DNA of 64,000 nt from the human T2T-CHM13v2.0 reference genome, Homo sapiens (GCF_009914755.1 NC_060925.1), one strand, 5' to 3'. Positions 1-15,145 are shown, numbered from the stretch's first letter. Notes: generated by a model from the sequence alone, not told the origin. Program-made: numbers and translations.

Positions 1-1000
1 TTAAAAATTATTTCAATCTCTTTGTTAAATTTATCTGATACAATTCTGAATTCCTTCTCTGTATTATCTTGATGTTTGTTGAACTTCTGCAAGACGAGTA
101 TTTTGAATTCTCTATTTGAAAGGTCATATATCTTTGTCACTCCAGGATTGGTCACTGGTGCCTTATTTAGTTCGTTTGGTAAGGTCATGTTCCTTGGGTG
201 TTCTTGATGCTTGTGGATGTTTGTTGATATCTGGGTGTTGAAGAATTAGGTGTCTATTTTGTCTATTTTGTCTTCACATTCTTGGCTTGTTTGTACCTGT
301 CCTTCTTGAAATAGCTTTCCAGGTATTCCAAGGGGAATGAGTGTTGCGGTCTAAGTTTATGGTCACTGCAGCTGTATCAGTACTAGGAGGTGCCCTAAGC
401 CCAGGAATGCTACAACTCTTGCCAAGTCCTAGAGGCACAATGATGCTTCTAAATGAAGCATTGTCCTAAAGGGAGAATTCCTTGGGTTACTAGGCAAAGT
501 ATCTCAGTCTCTTTTCTTTTGTTCCTTGAACCACAAGGAGTTTTTCTCCCCATGCTAGGCTGCCTGGAGTTGGGGGAGGAGTGACACAAGCACTCCTGTG
601 GCCACCACAGCTGGCACTGTGCTGGGTCATACCTGAAGCTAACACAGTACTGTGTCTTGCCTAATGCCCATGGTGACTACTGCCTGGCTACCACTGATGT
701 TTATTCAAGGCCCAAGGGCTCTTTAGTTAGCAGGTGGTGAACCCTGCCAGGACTCAGTCATTGCCTTCAAGGCAGAAAATTCCCTTCTGCCCCAGGGTGG
801 GTATAGAAATGCCATCCAGGAGCTAAGACCTGGAATCAGGGGCTTCAGGAAACTACTTGGTGCTTTATTTTATTGTGGCTTAGCTGGTACCTAACTAACT
901 AGTAAGACAAAGACCTCTATACTTTTTCTTCTCCTTTCCCCAAGTGAAGGGAGTTTTTCCCCAAGCTGCACTGCCTGGAGTTGAAGAAGAGGGTCTCAGG
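1..1000 (-). mobile_element. Old LINE-1 (L1M-type) 5'/ORF1-region fragment
   Basis: T-rich + strand text resembling antisense L1M ORF1/5' region; no intact ORF; family by recognition only. Confidence 0.55.
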
Positions 1001-1195
1001 TACTTAAAATCATCTATAGATTACTTATAATACATATACCTAATACAATATAAATGTCATGTATATAATTGTTATACTGTATTTTTATTTGTATTCTTTT
1101 TTGTTGCATTATTTTTATTGTTTTTTAAAAAATACTTCCAATCAAAACTTGACTGAGTCCATATATCCAGAACTTGGGTATATGTGGCTGACCAT
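1000..1195 (+). mobile_element. MER2-like TcMar-Tigger DNA transposon fragment
   Basis: Resembles MER2 3' half: aaatcatct.tagattacttataatac...taatacaat.taaatg...gttatactgtattt. Confidence 0.55.
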
Positions 1196-1369
1196 ATAGT
1201 ATTCTGTTCAGTTAGAAAAAATGTACCTATAGCTCAAAATTTGGAAACTTGGCTATCAGCAATTCAAGACTTAATTTTTTAAATATATTTTTTCTAGGCA
1301 CTATGCATAAATATGTAACATTAGCCTCAAAGAAAGAAAATAATAAACATTTATCTCATTTACTTATTT

Positions 1370-1848
1370 ATTTTTCTTTTTTTATTATACTTTAAGTTCT
1401 AGGGTACAGGTGCACAATGTGCAGGTTTGTTACATATGTATACATGGGCCATGTTGGTGTGCTGCACCCATTAACTAGTAATTTACATTAGGTATTTCTC
1501 CTAATGCTATCCCTCCCCCATCCCCCAACCCCATGACAGCCCCCGGTGTGTGATGTTCCCCTTCCTGTGTCCATGTGTTCTCATTGTTCAATTCCCACCT
1601 ATGAGTGAGAACATGAGGTGTTTGGTTTTCTGTCCTTGCAACTCATCATCACTGGTCATCAGAGAAATGCAAATCAAAACCACAATGAGATACCATCTCA
1701 CACCAGTTAGAAAGGTGATTGTTAAAAAGTCAGGAAACAACAGGTGCTGGAGAAGATGTGGAGAAATAGGAACACTTTCACACTGTTGGTGGGAGTGTAA
1801 ACTAGTTCAACCATTGTGGAAGACAGTGTGGCGATTCCTCAAGGATCT
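1370..1848 (-). mobile_element. 5'-inverted, truncated L1PA insertion (3'UTR on -, ORF2 C-terminal piece on +)
   Basis: 1370-1640 is the reverse complement of the L1PA 3' end (ttattatactttaagttctagggtaca...); 1641-1848 reads ORF2 peptide [17 protein letters not shown]...[21 protein letters not shown] on +. Confidence 0.9.
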
Positions 1849-2334
1849 CTTTCTTTTCTACTTTTTCTTTCCAAAGGAAAGCAAAACCTGATTGACAAGG
1901 TTGAGTAAAACTATGAGCTGATTAGACGTTGAACACTACTGCCTTCATGGAAATGTTACTATTTTGGCCAGAAAAAGAATTCAGAAAAGAAATAGCGTTT
2001 AAAAGTTGAACATTCATTTCAAGGAATCCTAATTTGTGTGTGTGTGTGCACTAATAGCTTCATAATCATTAATCATATATTATTTTGGTCACTGGCATAT
2101 ATTCCAAGTAAAAATAGCTTTTGAATCTAATCAATTATATTCTCTATGAAGCAGTGGTAAACATATTGTTTTATAAAAACATAAGACATTAACTGTAGCA
2201 CAGTGGATAAGTGCCCAGGACCTGACATTAGAATACTTAGTTTTAAATCCTGGCTCCAGAATTTACTGCAAATATATTCTTGTGCAATTTACTTACCTTA
2301 TCTTTACTTTCTTATCCATAAAACTGGAATTTTA

Positions 2335-2654
<320 letters not shown>

Positions 2655-2870
2655 AAATTGGAATTTTAATAATGTCTACCTCAGAGAGTTGTGAAGAGTA
2701 AATGAATTAACTTAAACAAAAGAATATAAAACTATTATCTCAGCCCCATATGGTATCTCTCACTTCTATAGTATTGAGACTATATAATTGATTTGACAAA
2801 TAAATCTGCTTGTTTCAGATGTAATCTTTATAATTGATGTGAAAAATATTTTATTTAAAAAATATCTTAA

Positions 2871-3190
2871 GGCCGGGCACAGTGGCTCACGCTTGTAATC
2901 CCAGCACTTTGGGAGGCCAAGCCAGGCAGATCACTTGAGGTCAAGAGTTTGAGACCAGTCTGGCCAATGTGGTGAAATGCCATCTCTATAAAAATACAAA
3001 AATTAGCTGGGCGTGGTGGTGCACGCCTGTAATCCTGGCTACTTGGGAGGCTGAGGAAGGAGAATCATTTGAACCTAACAGGTGGAGATTGAAGTGAGCC
3101 GAGATTGTGCTGCACTCCAACCTGAACAACAGAGCAAGACTCCATCTAAAATAAAAAAAAAAGAACAAAAAAAAAAACCAAAAAGAAAAA
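2871..3190 (+). mobile_element. Alu (AluS-like)
   Basis: Full dimeric Alu with A-rich tail. Confidence 0.95.
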
Positions 3191-3498
3191 AAATCTTTAT
3201 ACTACCTCTAAAGCTGTAGCTTGAATTCCTAGGAAACAGGAAACATTGTTTTCAATTCTCCATCCTCTCTGTATTTAGTATAGTACATTACTAATTTTGT
3301 GGACTTCTTAATATTGCTTTAATCTTGAGTTATAGGAACTAAATTAATAAGTAGTTTTATCCTATCATTAAATTGCTCTAAATATGAATCTTAAAGACTT
3401 GAATGAGTTTAAATATAATTCTAAAACTTATGGTAGAGCAATATAATGATTTCTTCTTCTCAAAGAAGTAATGGAATCTATCAAAATTAAAACAGTAA

Positions 3499-3897
<399 letters not shown>

Positions 3898-4076
3898 CCG
3901 ATGGTCATTTTTAACCATAATTCAATACCATGTGACAACTCAACTGCTATGTACTAGTTGAGAATAAACAGTGTATGAATTATCTTCACCAATGGAATAT
4001 CTATTCAAAATCAATAATAAGGGTTTCTTTTTTATTATTTCTAGTTTCTTATTTCTCTTTTTTTTTCTTGTTTCAG

Positions 4077-4134
4077 GGCTTTGAAGACTGCTTGGTATTT
4101 GATGAGTTAATGGATAAATTCAGTAACGACCTTA
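4077..4134 (+). CDS. KMO: KMO coding exon (exon 11), GFEDCLVFDELMDKFSNDL
   Basis: polypyrimidine tttcag|GGC acceptor, A|gtaagt donor, 58 nt; translation matches human KMO after the GQGMNA FAD motif. Confidence 0.97.
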
Positions 4135-4467
4135 GTAAGTAAGGTCAATTTCTCAACTGGACATGTACTAGCTCTTCTGACTAATTGTGGGCTTATTTCT
4201 GATCCTCAATGATCACAAACCTGTGATGTATAATGTATATTATCTCCCCAGGATTACATATTTTTCTACTAATAGTCTATGCCACCGTTTTCCCATAGCA
4301 ACAACTAACACCCAGAAAAAGAAACATAGTTTCTTTTGAAGTTTCTATGTGGAGGTCCATGAAGTGATTCACTCAGAGATAAAAGCTCAGAGTACCCGTG
4401 CTTGGCAGAAATAGGCTGCTTTCTCTCCCTTTTCAGCCTAGGTAACACCCTCTGCCTGCGCCTCCTA

Positions 4468-4790
4468 GCAACAGTCCCAACGTTTTGGCACCAGGGACGG
4501 GTTTCACGGAAGACAGTGTTTCCACAGACAGGGGGTGGGGGGAGATGGTTTCAGGATGAAACTGTTCCTGCTCTGATCTTCAGGCGTTAGTTGGATTCTC
4601 ATAAGGAGCGTGCAAGCTAGATGTCTTGCCTGTGCAGTTCACAATAGGGTTCACGCTCCTATGAGAAACTAATGCCACTGCTGATCTGACAGGAGGCGGA
4701 GCTTGGGCGGTAATGCCATCTCAACTGCCACTCACATCCTGCTGTGCGGCCCAGTTCCTAACAGGCCATGGACCGAGGGTTGGGGATAGT
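4468..4790 (+). mobile_element. MER1B-like hAT-Charlie MITE
   Basis: gtcccaa.....tggcaccagggac.ggtttc...gattctcataaggagcgtgcaa...gggttgggga. Confidence 0.85.
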
Positions 4791-4821
4791 CACCCTACAA
4801 CACATCCTCAGAAACACTTAG

Positions 4822-5870
<1,049 letters not shown>

Positions 5871-6130
5871 GAACACACTGTCAACGCTGGTTTGGGGCAC
5901 TAGAGAACAAAGATAAAGCAATAATATAGATTAATTTTGTTGTAATTTTTATTTAATCACAACAGGAAATGCTCTGTGTATTGTCAATAGTAGATTGTTG
6001 GTTATACAGAATGGTTATTTATAGTTTAAAAAAATTAGCGAGAGCATTGGTAGTGAACGTACCATTTAATTTGACCTGTGTAGAGTTCAGCACATTTTTA
6101 TAGAAGGTTTTGGAAAGATGTATTATTTAA

Positions 6131-6340
<210 letters not shown>

Positions 6341-7350
6341 TAAGAAAACACACACACACATAGCATTCCTTAGACTTGGGTGGATTGTGACTCTGGCCAG
6401 TGGCAATGACCAATACACATTATCTCTATCTACACTTTAAGGACGTTTAGGAGGTAACAAAACCTCTGATAATTCACATGCTTTTATCTTAGACATTTAG
6501 CAATATGTTACTTTAATGAAAATACAACTTTCAGATGTGTCAACATATTTAGAAAATCTAAGAAATGTTGAATGGCCTTTTCACTCATAACATTATAACT
6601 TGCATATTTAGAGTAGCATTGATTATCCTTTGGAAACTTATGCACTAAAAAAAAATGCATAATACCAAAAAGAAATTCATGTTCAGGAAGATTAGTACTT
6701 TGAAAAAAAAACATATTAATTCCATTTTGAACCAGTCACATGTAAAGCTCATGGTAAGTGATTGTGATTATAGTTTTAAAATAATAAAATGAAAGGATTT
6801 ACAAGATAAATTTAAAGCAGAGTGACCAGCTATTTGCCATCTCTCCTGAAGACAGAAAGAAACTGGACTTCAGCTTGAGCAAAATTGCATCAGATGTGGT
6901 AGAGGATAACCTACAAGATATTGTAGGCTTTATTGATGTATCTTGTCTTCTCCTTTAAAAACGGGATGGCTACGACACAGTATCTGTCCTAAAAGAAAGA
7001 GTAGGTCCAGACAAACATAGCTTTAAACAATCTCTTTTTGCCGTAAGCAATATTACAAAACAACCAGGAAGCAACAGAAAATTAGACAAATCTTTGAGCT
7101 CACAGATTGCCTGCAGTTCTGGTTAAACAAACCCTCTGCTGAAATTGACTTCCTCTATTGAACCCTGAGCAAAATAAACTTCCCTAGCAGGTTTCGTGTA
7201 ATTGCTGTACATTTTCGAGGCAACGTCCTATATGACCGACATTTACCAAAATGGATTGGGAATGACATTATGGAAACAAAAAATTATTTGACTACTTTGT
7301 GTTTGGCATTGCGATGAGTGGGAATGAAGAATAATACTAAGTCGCAGTGA

Positions 7351-7554
<204 letters not shown>

Positions 7555-7581
7555 TAAAGAATACACAAGAATACTTTTTAA

Positions 7582-7695
<114 letters not shown>

Positions 7696-8617
7696 TGAAA
7701 TGTCATAGTATTATGATTATGTTTGTTTCCAACAAATACAGAAATAATGGGACAGACACCAACTGTTTGCCTTCCAAACAGAAACTGTCCTGAGTACAGA
7801 GAGGGAACAGTGCTTACTGAAAAACATTACAAGGAGGTGGCAAAGAGAGCTTTTGAAGGGAAGAATCTCAAGATAGAAACTGATGCTAATATTTCTCAAC
7901 TTTTTACTTTATTTTAGCAAGATGTACTGTTCTTGATTTTTGCTTCATGCAATATTCTTATGAGTTTAATTTGTAAAATTAGACAGAACTGAATCACTTT
8001 TAAAAGATCTATTCCAATGGAATGCTATAATACATCCATTTTGGGCAGTTGGCCTAGAGAAGCCATTAAATGGAAGGAATTCTGATTCCCTAGTCTTCCA
8101 CTTTGGGGATTTTACAACGTCATTTATTCAACAGACAGTTTTATTTGGTACATAGCACTGAGCTGGCATGGTGATGAACATGACCAGTTCACACCTTTCA
8201 CAAAGCTCAGAGGCTAGTAGGGGATACAGACAGTGGCCCTGGAGAGAGATAAACTGCCCCCGAGGAGAACAGGAGGGGCCAGGACAGGGGAAGGCGGAAG
8301 ACACATGAGAAACATATTTCAGTGGAGCTGGAAGGCAGCACAGTGTGTGAGAATGGTCAGAGGGTGGAGGCGGGGCTTTAAACACCTGGAGTATTATCTT
8401 GAGAGAAACAGGGAGCCCAGGGAGGCCAGCAGACTCAGGTATGGATTTTAGAAAGATGTCTATATGGAGAATGGATTGGAAGAAATCAAGGTTTATCTGT
8501 GCAAGATGAATAAAACAGGGCCCCCACCCTTAAGGAGCTGAAAGTCTAAAAGGGGAAAAGATACCAGCAGGCAGTTAGAATGCAGGACAGTAAGTGCGGG
8601 GATAGAAATAGGCCAGG

Positions 8618-8829
8618 CAAATCCTTCAAGGAGGGATAAAAGTCAATCTTCAAACATTAACTTAAGCAGACCAAAAATTCTGATGACCACATCTAGATTA
8701 TTTTTTATAAAAATGATTTTCACTATAGCTATGTTAGTTATGCTAAGCTACTGTCCAATCTCTTGTGATGTGTAACTTTTACATGTGAGTATTCAAGTAG
8801 ATTTCTCTGTCAAAAAAAAAAAAAAGAAA
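8618..8829 (+). pseudogene. Retroposed mRNA 3'-end fragment (5'-truncated processed pseudogene), source unknown
   Basis: 14-bp TSD AGAAATAGGCCAGG at 8604-8617 and 8830-8843; polyA from 8812; ATTCAA hexamer at 8791-8796. Confidence 0.8.
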
Positions 8830-9339
8830 AGAAATAGGCCAGGATGCCATGGGAAAGCACCTGACTCAGGCTGGAATGAGCCTCAGGCCACTGTTTACAG
8901 CTGGTGTTTAGTCTCCACATGAGTCTTAGTCACAGAGGCCACCAGGCCACCACTCTTCTCCTGGAGACTTTTGGGAAGCTTCTGAGAAGGAATGAATGAT
9001 GTGTGGCCCCAGCACAGCAGTACTCTTCTAAGAATTCACAGCTCTTTTTCTAAACTGCAAAGGTTTTTTAATGGCTGGACAAAAGCTGACTGCTAAATTT
9101 TTTTCATACAGAAGACCTGGATTCATGAGTTTCCTGGGAGAGAGGGAGAAGGGAGGCTCCCAATCCTTGACTTTATCTTGATCTTATCAGTTCCTGATCT
9201 GGTGGTCATGCAAGTAAATTGTTGTTTCAGGTTAAAGAACAAAGAGGACATTGTTTACCCCTTTGTTGTTAAAAAATGAAGTCTATTTTCAGATTTTAAT
9301 CTCTGGACAAATGAAATGAGAGTTCTTGCTGTCTTACAG

Positions 9340-9540
9340 GTGATAAACAAAGGACTCTTTTTCTTGGGATCACTGATAGCCATCAGCAGTACCTACCTAC
9401 TTATACACTACATGTCACCACGATCTTTCCTCCGCTTGAGAAGACCATGGAACTGGATAGCTCACTTCCGGAATACAACATGTTTCCCCGCAAAGGCCGT
9501 GGACTCCCTAGAACAAATTTCCAATCTCATTAGCAGGTGA
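9340..9540 (+). CDS. KMO: KMO last coding exon (exon 15), C-terminal membrane anchor to stop
   Basis: cttacag|GTG; VINKGLFFLGSLIAISSTYLL...EQISNLISR then TGA. Confidence 0.98.
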   Translation: MINKGLFFLGSLIAISSTYLLIHYMSPRSFLRLRRPWNWIAHFRNTTCFPAKAVDSLEQISNLISR

Positions 9541-10091
9541 TAGAAAGGTTTTGTGGTAGCAAATGCATGATTTCTCTGTGACCAAAATTAAGCATGAAAA
9601 AAATGTTTCCATTGCCATATTTGATTCACTAGTGGAAGATAGTGTTCTGCTCATAATTAAACTGAATGTAGAGTATCTCTGTATGTTAATTGCAATTACT
9701 GGTTGGGGGGTGCATTTTAAAAGATGAAACATGCAGCTTCCCTACATTACACACACTCAGGTTGAGTCATTCTAACTATAAAAGTGCAATGACTAAGATC
9801 CTTCACTTCTCTGAAAGTAAGGCCCTAGATGCCTCAGGGAAGACAGTAATCATGCCTTTTCTTTAAAAGACACAATAGGACTCGCAACAGCATTGACTCA
9901 ACACCTAGGACTAAAAATCACAACTTAACTAGCATGTTAACTGCACTTTTCATTACGTGAATGGAACTTACCTAACCACAGGGCTCAGACTTACTAGATA
10001 AAACCAGAAATGGAAATAAGGAATTCAGGGGAGTTCCAGAGACTTACAAAATGAACTCATTTTATTTTCCCACCTTCAAATATAAGTATTA

Positions 10092-10142
10092 TCATCTATC
10101 TGTTTATCGTCTATCTATCTATCATCTATCTATCTATCTATC

Positions 10143-10184
<42 letters not shown>

Positions 10185-10204
10185 ATCTATCTATCTATCT
10201 CTAT
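10092..10204. repeat. (TCTA)n tetranucleotide microsatellite
   Basis: Direct reading; sits at the tail of the adjacent antisense Alu. Confidence 0.97.
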
Positions 10205-10476
<272 letters not shown>

Positions 10477-10542
10477 AGAGTTACCCTCTAAAGATAAGAA
10501 AAAGGCTATTAATATCATACTAAGTGAAGGACAGGAAAGGGT

Positions 10543-10670
10543 TTTATTCATAAATTAAATGTCTACATGTGCCAGAATGGAAAGGAAACAAGGGGAGACA
10601 ACTTTTATAGAAATACAAAGCCATTACTTTATTCAATTTCAGACCCTCAGAAGCAATTTACTAATTTATT
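10543..10670 (-). terminator. OPN3: Candidate OPN3 polyadenylation signals (AATAAA x3 on -)
   Basis: TTTATT on + at 10543, 10628 and 10665, about 1.2 kb past the OPN3 stop. Confidence 0.7.
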
Positions 10671-10924
10671 CTTCGACTACATACTGCAGCAGAACCAGCA
10701 ATACACTTGATTTTTAAAAGCACATTTAGTGAAATGTTTTCTTTGGTTCATCCTTCTTTAACAGGCTGCTGAGTCACTCAGAAATCCTTCAAACATGATT
10801 AATTATGAAGATGAAACACTAGAGTCATATAAGAAATAAAAATTGGGCAATAAAATAAAATGATTCAGTGTTTCTTTTCTATATTGTCAATGAAAACCTT
10901 GAGTTCTAATAATCCATGTTCAGT

Positions 10925-11335
10925 TTGTAGGGAAAGAAAAAATAATTTTTCCTTCTACCCACTTTAGGTTCCTTGGCTGGGGCCCCTATAACAAAAGACA
11001 GATTGACAAGAGAAAAACAAACATAAATTTATTAGCGGGTATATGTAATATATATGTGGGAAATACAGGGGAATGAGCAACTCTCAAAGAGCTGGCGTCT
11101 TAGAACTCCCTGGCTTATATAGCATCGACAAAGAACAGTAAATTTTTAGAGAAACAACAAAACAAAGAAAAAGAGCTTTGAGTCTGTAGGGGCAGCAATT
11201 TGGGGGAAGCAAATATATGGGAGTTTGCCTTGTAGATTCCTCTGGTGCTGGTCTCCAGGCTGACAAGGATTCAAAGTTGTCTCTGAAACTCCTCTTTGTC
11301 ATACTGCACATATAAAACGTCTTTTGTTTCCAACA
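10925..11335 (-). mobile_element. ERV1-class LTR fragment (MER31/MER67-like) in the shared 3'UTR
   Basis: aaaagacagattgacaagagaaaa...tttatt...ggcttatatagcat...tagattcctctggtg pattern; subfamily uncertain. Confidence 0.5.
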
Positions 11336-11828
11336 AGAGGATTTTCTTTTTCATTCTAGAATTATCTCCTTGATAACTTGATCAGATATAGGACATGACA
11401 CTGAATAGAGTCCAACAGTACAAAAAAAATTCAGTATGTTCTAGCTACTTCACACATGTGTACGCGACAGTTATTTTTACAGTAAGGTATTTTCGAGAAA
11501 AATGCATTACGTGTTTTGGAAAATAGAGTAATTTAAAAAATATATTTGAAATGAAAATCTCCAACACATTAGAAGATGATGATGTTAGATGCCCATCGTG
11601 TGCCACAAGTGGTTTTTTCATTATGTAAAGCACCCGTTGAATTAAAAGAATTTGTTTTTGTTCAACCTCTTCCTGAGGCCCAAGAGCATATGGGCAATTC
11701 GGATTTCCTGCTGGACCACAAGGTTCTGTTGATATTACATAGAACGGGTATTCCAGACACTTCTTATGATGAAAGTCCAAAAGTGGCATCCAATTTAAGG
11801 CCCCATCTTTCGTTGCCATTCTTCATTC

Positions 11829-12092
11829 CTACAAAGGACGAACTTGGATTACATCAACTTTGGACCCATTGGTTTTGTCGCTGTCGTCAACTGACAGTGA
11901 TTCATCACTGGTGATGATAAAAATGATGGAAGAAGAGTTGAAAGTCACTTTTTTCTTTGGCCTGTCCCCATCTTTCTGTGACATCACAATGGGTCTGATC
12001 TGCATTTCACTTCCAGCTGCTGGTAGGTCTTTAGCAGGCCTCTGGCACCTCAGCAGTCGGAGGCACAGAAGCTGCAAAAGGGATCTTCGAAA
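11829..12092 (-). CDS. OPN3: OPN3 exon 4 ([10 protein letters not shown]...DVIQVRPL*)
   Basis: ctgcccag|TTT acceptor, TAG stop, 264 nt; helix 8 and Ser-rich tail. Confidence 0.97.
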   Translation of the reverse strand, partial: FRRSLLQLLCLRLLRCQRPAKDLPAAGSEMQIRPIVMSQKDGDRPKKKVTFNSSSIIFIITSDESLSVDDSDKTNGSKVDVIQVRPL

Positions 12093-13399
12093 CTGGGCAG
12101 AGAAAAAATAAAGTGGAATATTAAGTAAAAGTTGGGCACTAATCTGGATTAACATTCGAGGAAATCAGTTGAGCTGAATTTAAGTTGTTTTTTGTTTGTT
12201 AGCAGGTGTGGATGTGGGGTTATGTGGTCATGCTCAGATCTACCTAAATCACCCCAGAGCTTTATGTCTTTTATTCATTCTAATTCTTATTAACCGGAAT
12301 ATGTAGGACCATTTCAATACCTTGTAATCCTCCAAGCTTCAATCTGCACACACTTTCTATGAGGGCAGGTACAACTATTAAGAGATTTTGAACATTAAGT
12401 TAGTCCACAAATATTCAGTGGGCATCTACTAGGTGACAGCCACTGTGCTATAATTAGAGACTTTTTACTATAAGCATCAAAAACAGATAAGGCTCTTCCT
12501 GGCAGAGTTTACAGCCTGGTGTACTTGCTAATGTCTCTTTAATTAGGTGAAGAATTTTTTTTTTCTATCGAAATTACTAATCAGTTGGGGAAAAAAATAC
12601 TATAGCAGACAGCACTAATGTCATCAACAAACATTGTTCTTCTCCGTGTCCTGGGTACAACATCCAATAATATTTCTTGGCCTCCTTTCCGCTTCTCCTC
12701 TCTGCTGTTCCTCTCTACAAGAACCTGGGGGGCCAACGCCTAAAGATCATAATATCACACAATGGAAGGAACCTAGATTCCTAAATGACTGCATAGGACA
12801 GATCCCATCTCCTCCACCCAATACATTATTAGACTGAACTGTGACCTGAAATGAGCAATAAACTCTGTATTAATTCACTGAAATGTTGGGGTTGCTTGTT
12901 ATAGTAGTCGGTCCATCATGACCAGTAAAACATAAATCAAAAGTTAATGTAATTGTTATCCCATTATTTAGAGCGAAATAAATGTTGAATATATGGACTT
13001 TCTCAGATTAGGAAATACCAATTAAAAATATAATAAATAGCTACATTGATTTCTGTCTTTTTTGTTTGTTTTTTGTTTTGTTTTGTTTTACAGCAAACAC
13101 TGCCTGATAATGTCTTGAGCTCCAATCTTATGCAAGTTAGCATTCAGTTTATACTCACATTTAAAAATATTTATTTTTTCTATCTGATTCAAAAATTTAA
13201 AAAATAAAAATATTTGTTTGAGACTTTATTCACTAAACCATTGTTTGGTTAAGTGTTAAAGATACATTACTGTAAAGGTTAAATAGAGTATGTATGCCAA
13301 AAAACGTTTTTCCATATAAATGGTAAGCTCTTTGAGGACAAGGACCGTTGTTTTTATTTATTTGTTTTTGTTTGTATCTTTTAGACTTCCTGTTTAAAG

Positions 13400-13548
13400 T
13401 ATGCCCTTAGGAACCAGAAACATCAGGACCATGTGGGAGCTTGTTAGACATGCAGAATATTGGGCAACCATACATACTGAAGGAGAATATTCATTTATTA
13501 CAAGATTTCCAGGTGTGGTGTATGCACATTAAAGTTCTAGAAGCACTA
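13400..13548 (+). mobile_element. MER5A-like hAT-Charlie fragment
   Basis: gggagcttgttaga.atgcaga...tatgcacattaaagtt..agaagcact. Confidence 0.75.
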
Positions 13549-14237
13549 ATTTATAGCCCATTGGCTGAGAGAAAGAGTGCAACAAATAATTGTTAGTTAA
13601 TGTATTTTAATTTTGTCTGTTGAGAGGGTGGTCCCTAAAATATCTTAACCTCTGATAGAAAATTAAAGTTATAAACCATCTCACTAGAAAAATTCATATG
13701 TGTGCATACTAAAAAATTGTTATAAACAATTTCCAGGGTTTCAGTGGCTCTTCTGAGGCCAACTCAAGGAATGTTTAGGTCCTATGGACTCCAAGTTTAA
13801 AATCTCTGGGTTAAAGGAAATAGACCAATTGAAGGCAACAAAACAGGGAAAGAAACACTGTCAGTGAGAGGAGATTAAGGCAGGTGAAAGTGAGTTTATG
13901 GAGAGTGTAAGCCAATAATACTCAAAGAGAAGGAAAGGCAAAATAAGAGGCAGAGAGATTTAGCACTGAACATAATAAGGTTATTACAAAAGTGCCCTCT
14001 TCTTCCACATTCTTGAGCATTAGAAGTCACAGTGATTATTATTGCCTGTTATTATTATGACCTGTTATCTTTAAAATTCCAATGGAGTAATTAAGCATTA
14101 TCTTTAACTTTTAAATTCTCTGAAACGTAGAGGCTCAGCTTTATAATAATCATTTTGTGGGCTCTCCTAGCCATGACTCATAGCCATCAAGTCAAAACCT
14201 TTCAACTACAGAAACAGATGATAAGGAAGTTCCTCTT

Positions 14238-14529
14238 CTTTTTGAGACAGGGTCTCGCTCTGTCGCCCAGGCTGGAATGCACTGGTGCGATAGTGGGTCA
14301 CTGCAGCCTTGACCTCCTGGGCTCAAGAGATCCTTTCATCTCAGGCCCCTGAGTAGCTGCGACTAAGGCACATGCCACCATGCCCAGCTAATTTTTTCTT
14401 TTTTTTTTTGAGAGAGCGGGGCATCTCATTATGTTGCCCAGGTTGGTCTTGAACTCTTAGCTCAAGCAATCCTTCTGCCTCAGCATGCCCAAGTGCTGGG
14501 TTTACTGGCTTGAGCCACCACACCAGGCC
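14238..14529 (-). mobile_element. AluJ-like element
   Basis: Antisense dimeric Alu. Confidence 0.93.
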
Positions 14530-15145
14530 CAGGAAGTTTCTTGAACCAAATTAATTTAGGCTAGACATTTGCTGTGGCATGTGAATAACAACCCAGGCCA
14601 ATTGCTACAAGTATCTATAACCCCAAGTGAGGAGTTATAAGCACTGGATTTGGGGATTTGAGCAAACTAGGTTCAAATCCTGGCACCAATACTTCCTGGA
14701 TTGGGCAAGTTATTTAACTTCTCTGAACTTATTCATAACCCATAAATAAAACAAGGAATAATATTAGTGCCTATTTTGTGGAGTTTTGTAAACTGGCTTG
14801 TAACTTGTTTGTGACTTGCTTGTAACTTGCTTGGTACAGTAGGAATTTTAAATGTATTATTAACATTGTAGCTGTTATTACTAGGCATAAACTATTTTCT
14901 GATGAATTAAATATTAGTTTTACTAGAATTCTACCTAACAAGTGTGAATCCCTATGGGTAGTTCTTAGAATTGTTATGATTTTCTTTGGAAATATTCTAC
15001 ATTTCTTCCAGATCCCTTTAATTCCTAAAAAATTCTTGTTTTTTTTTTAATTGAAGCGACTCTGAATCACCTCTGTAAAAGTATTACACTGTCATTTCCA
15101 ACTCTATGCCCAGGGTGAAAACAATCAGTTAATTGCAAAGCTTAC

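Noticed and set aside
1550-1891. 113-aa ORF
   Set aside because: Chimera across the inverted L1 junction, not a gene
4287-4302. RFX X-box-like ...ccatagcaac
   Set aside because: Left half imperfect, a single short motif with no supporting context
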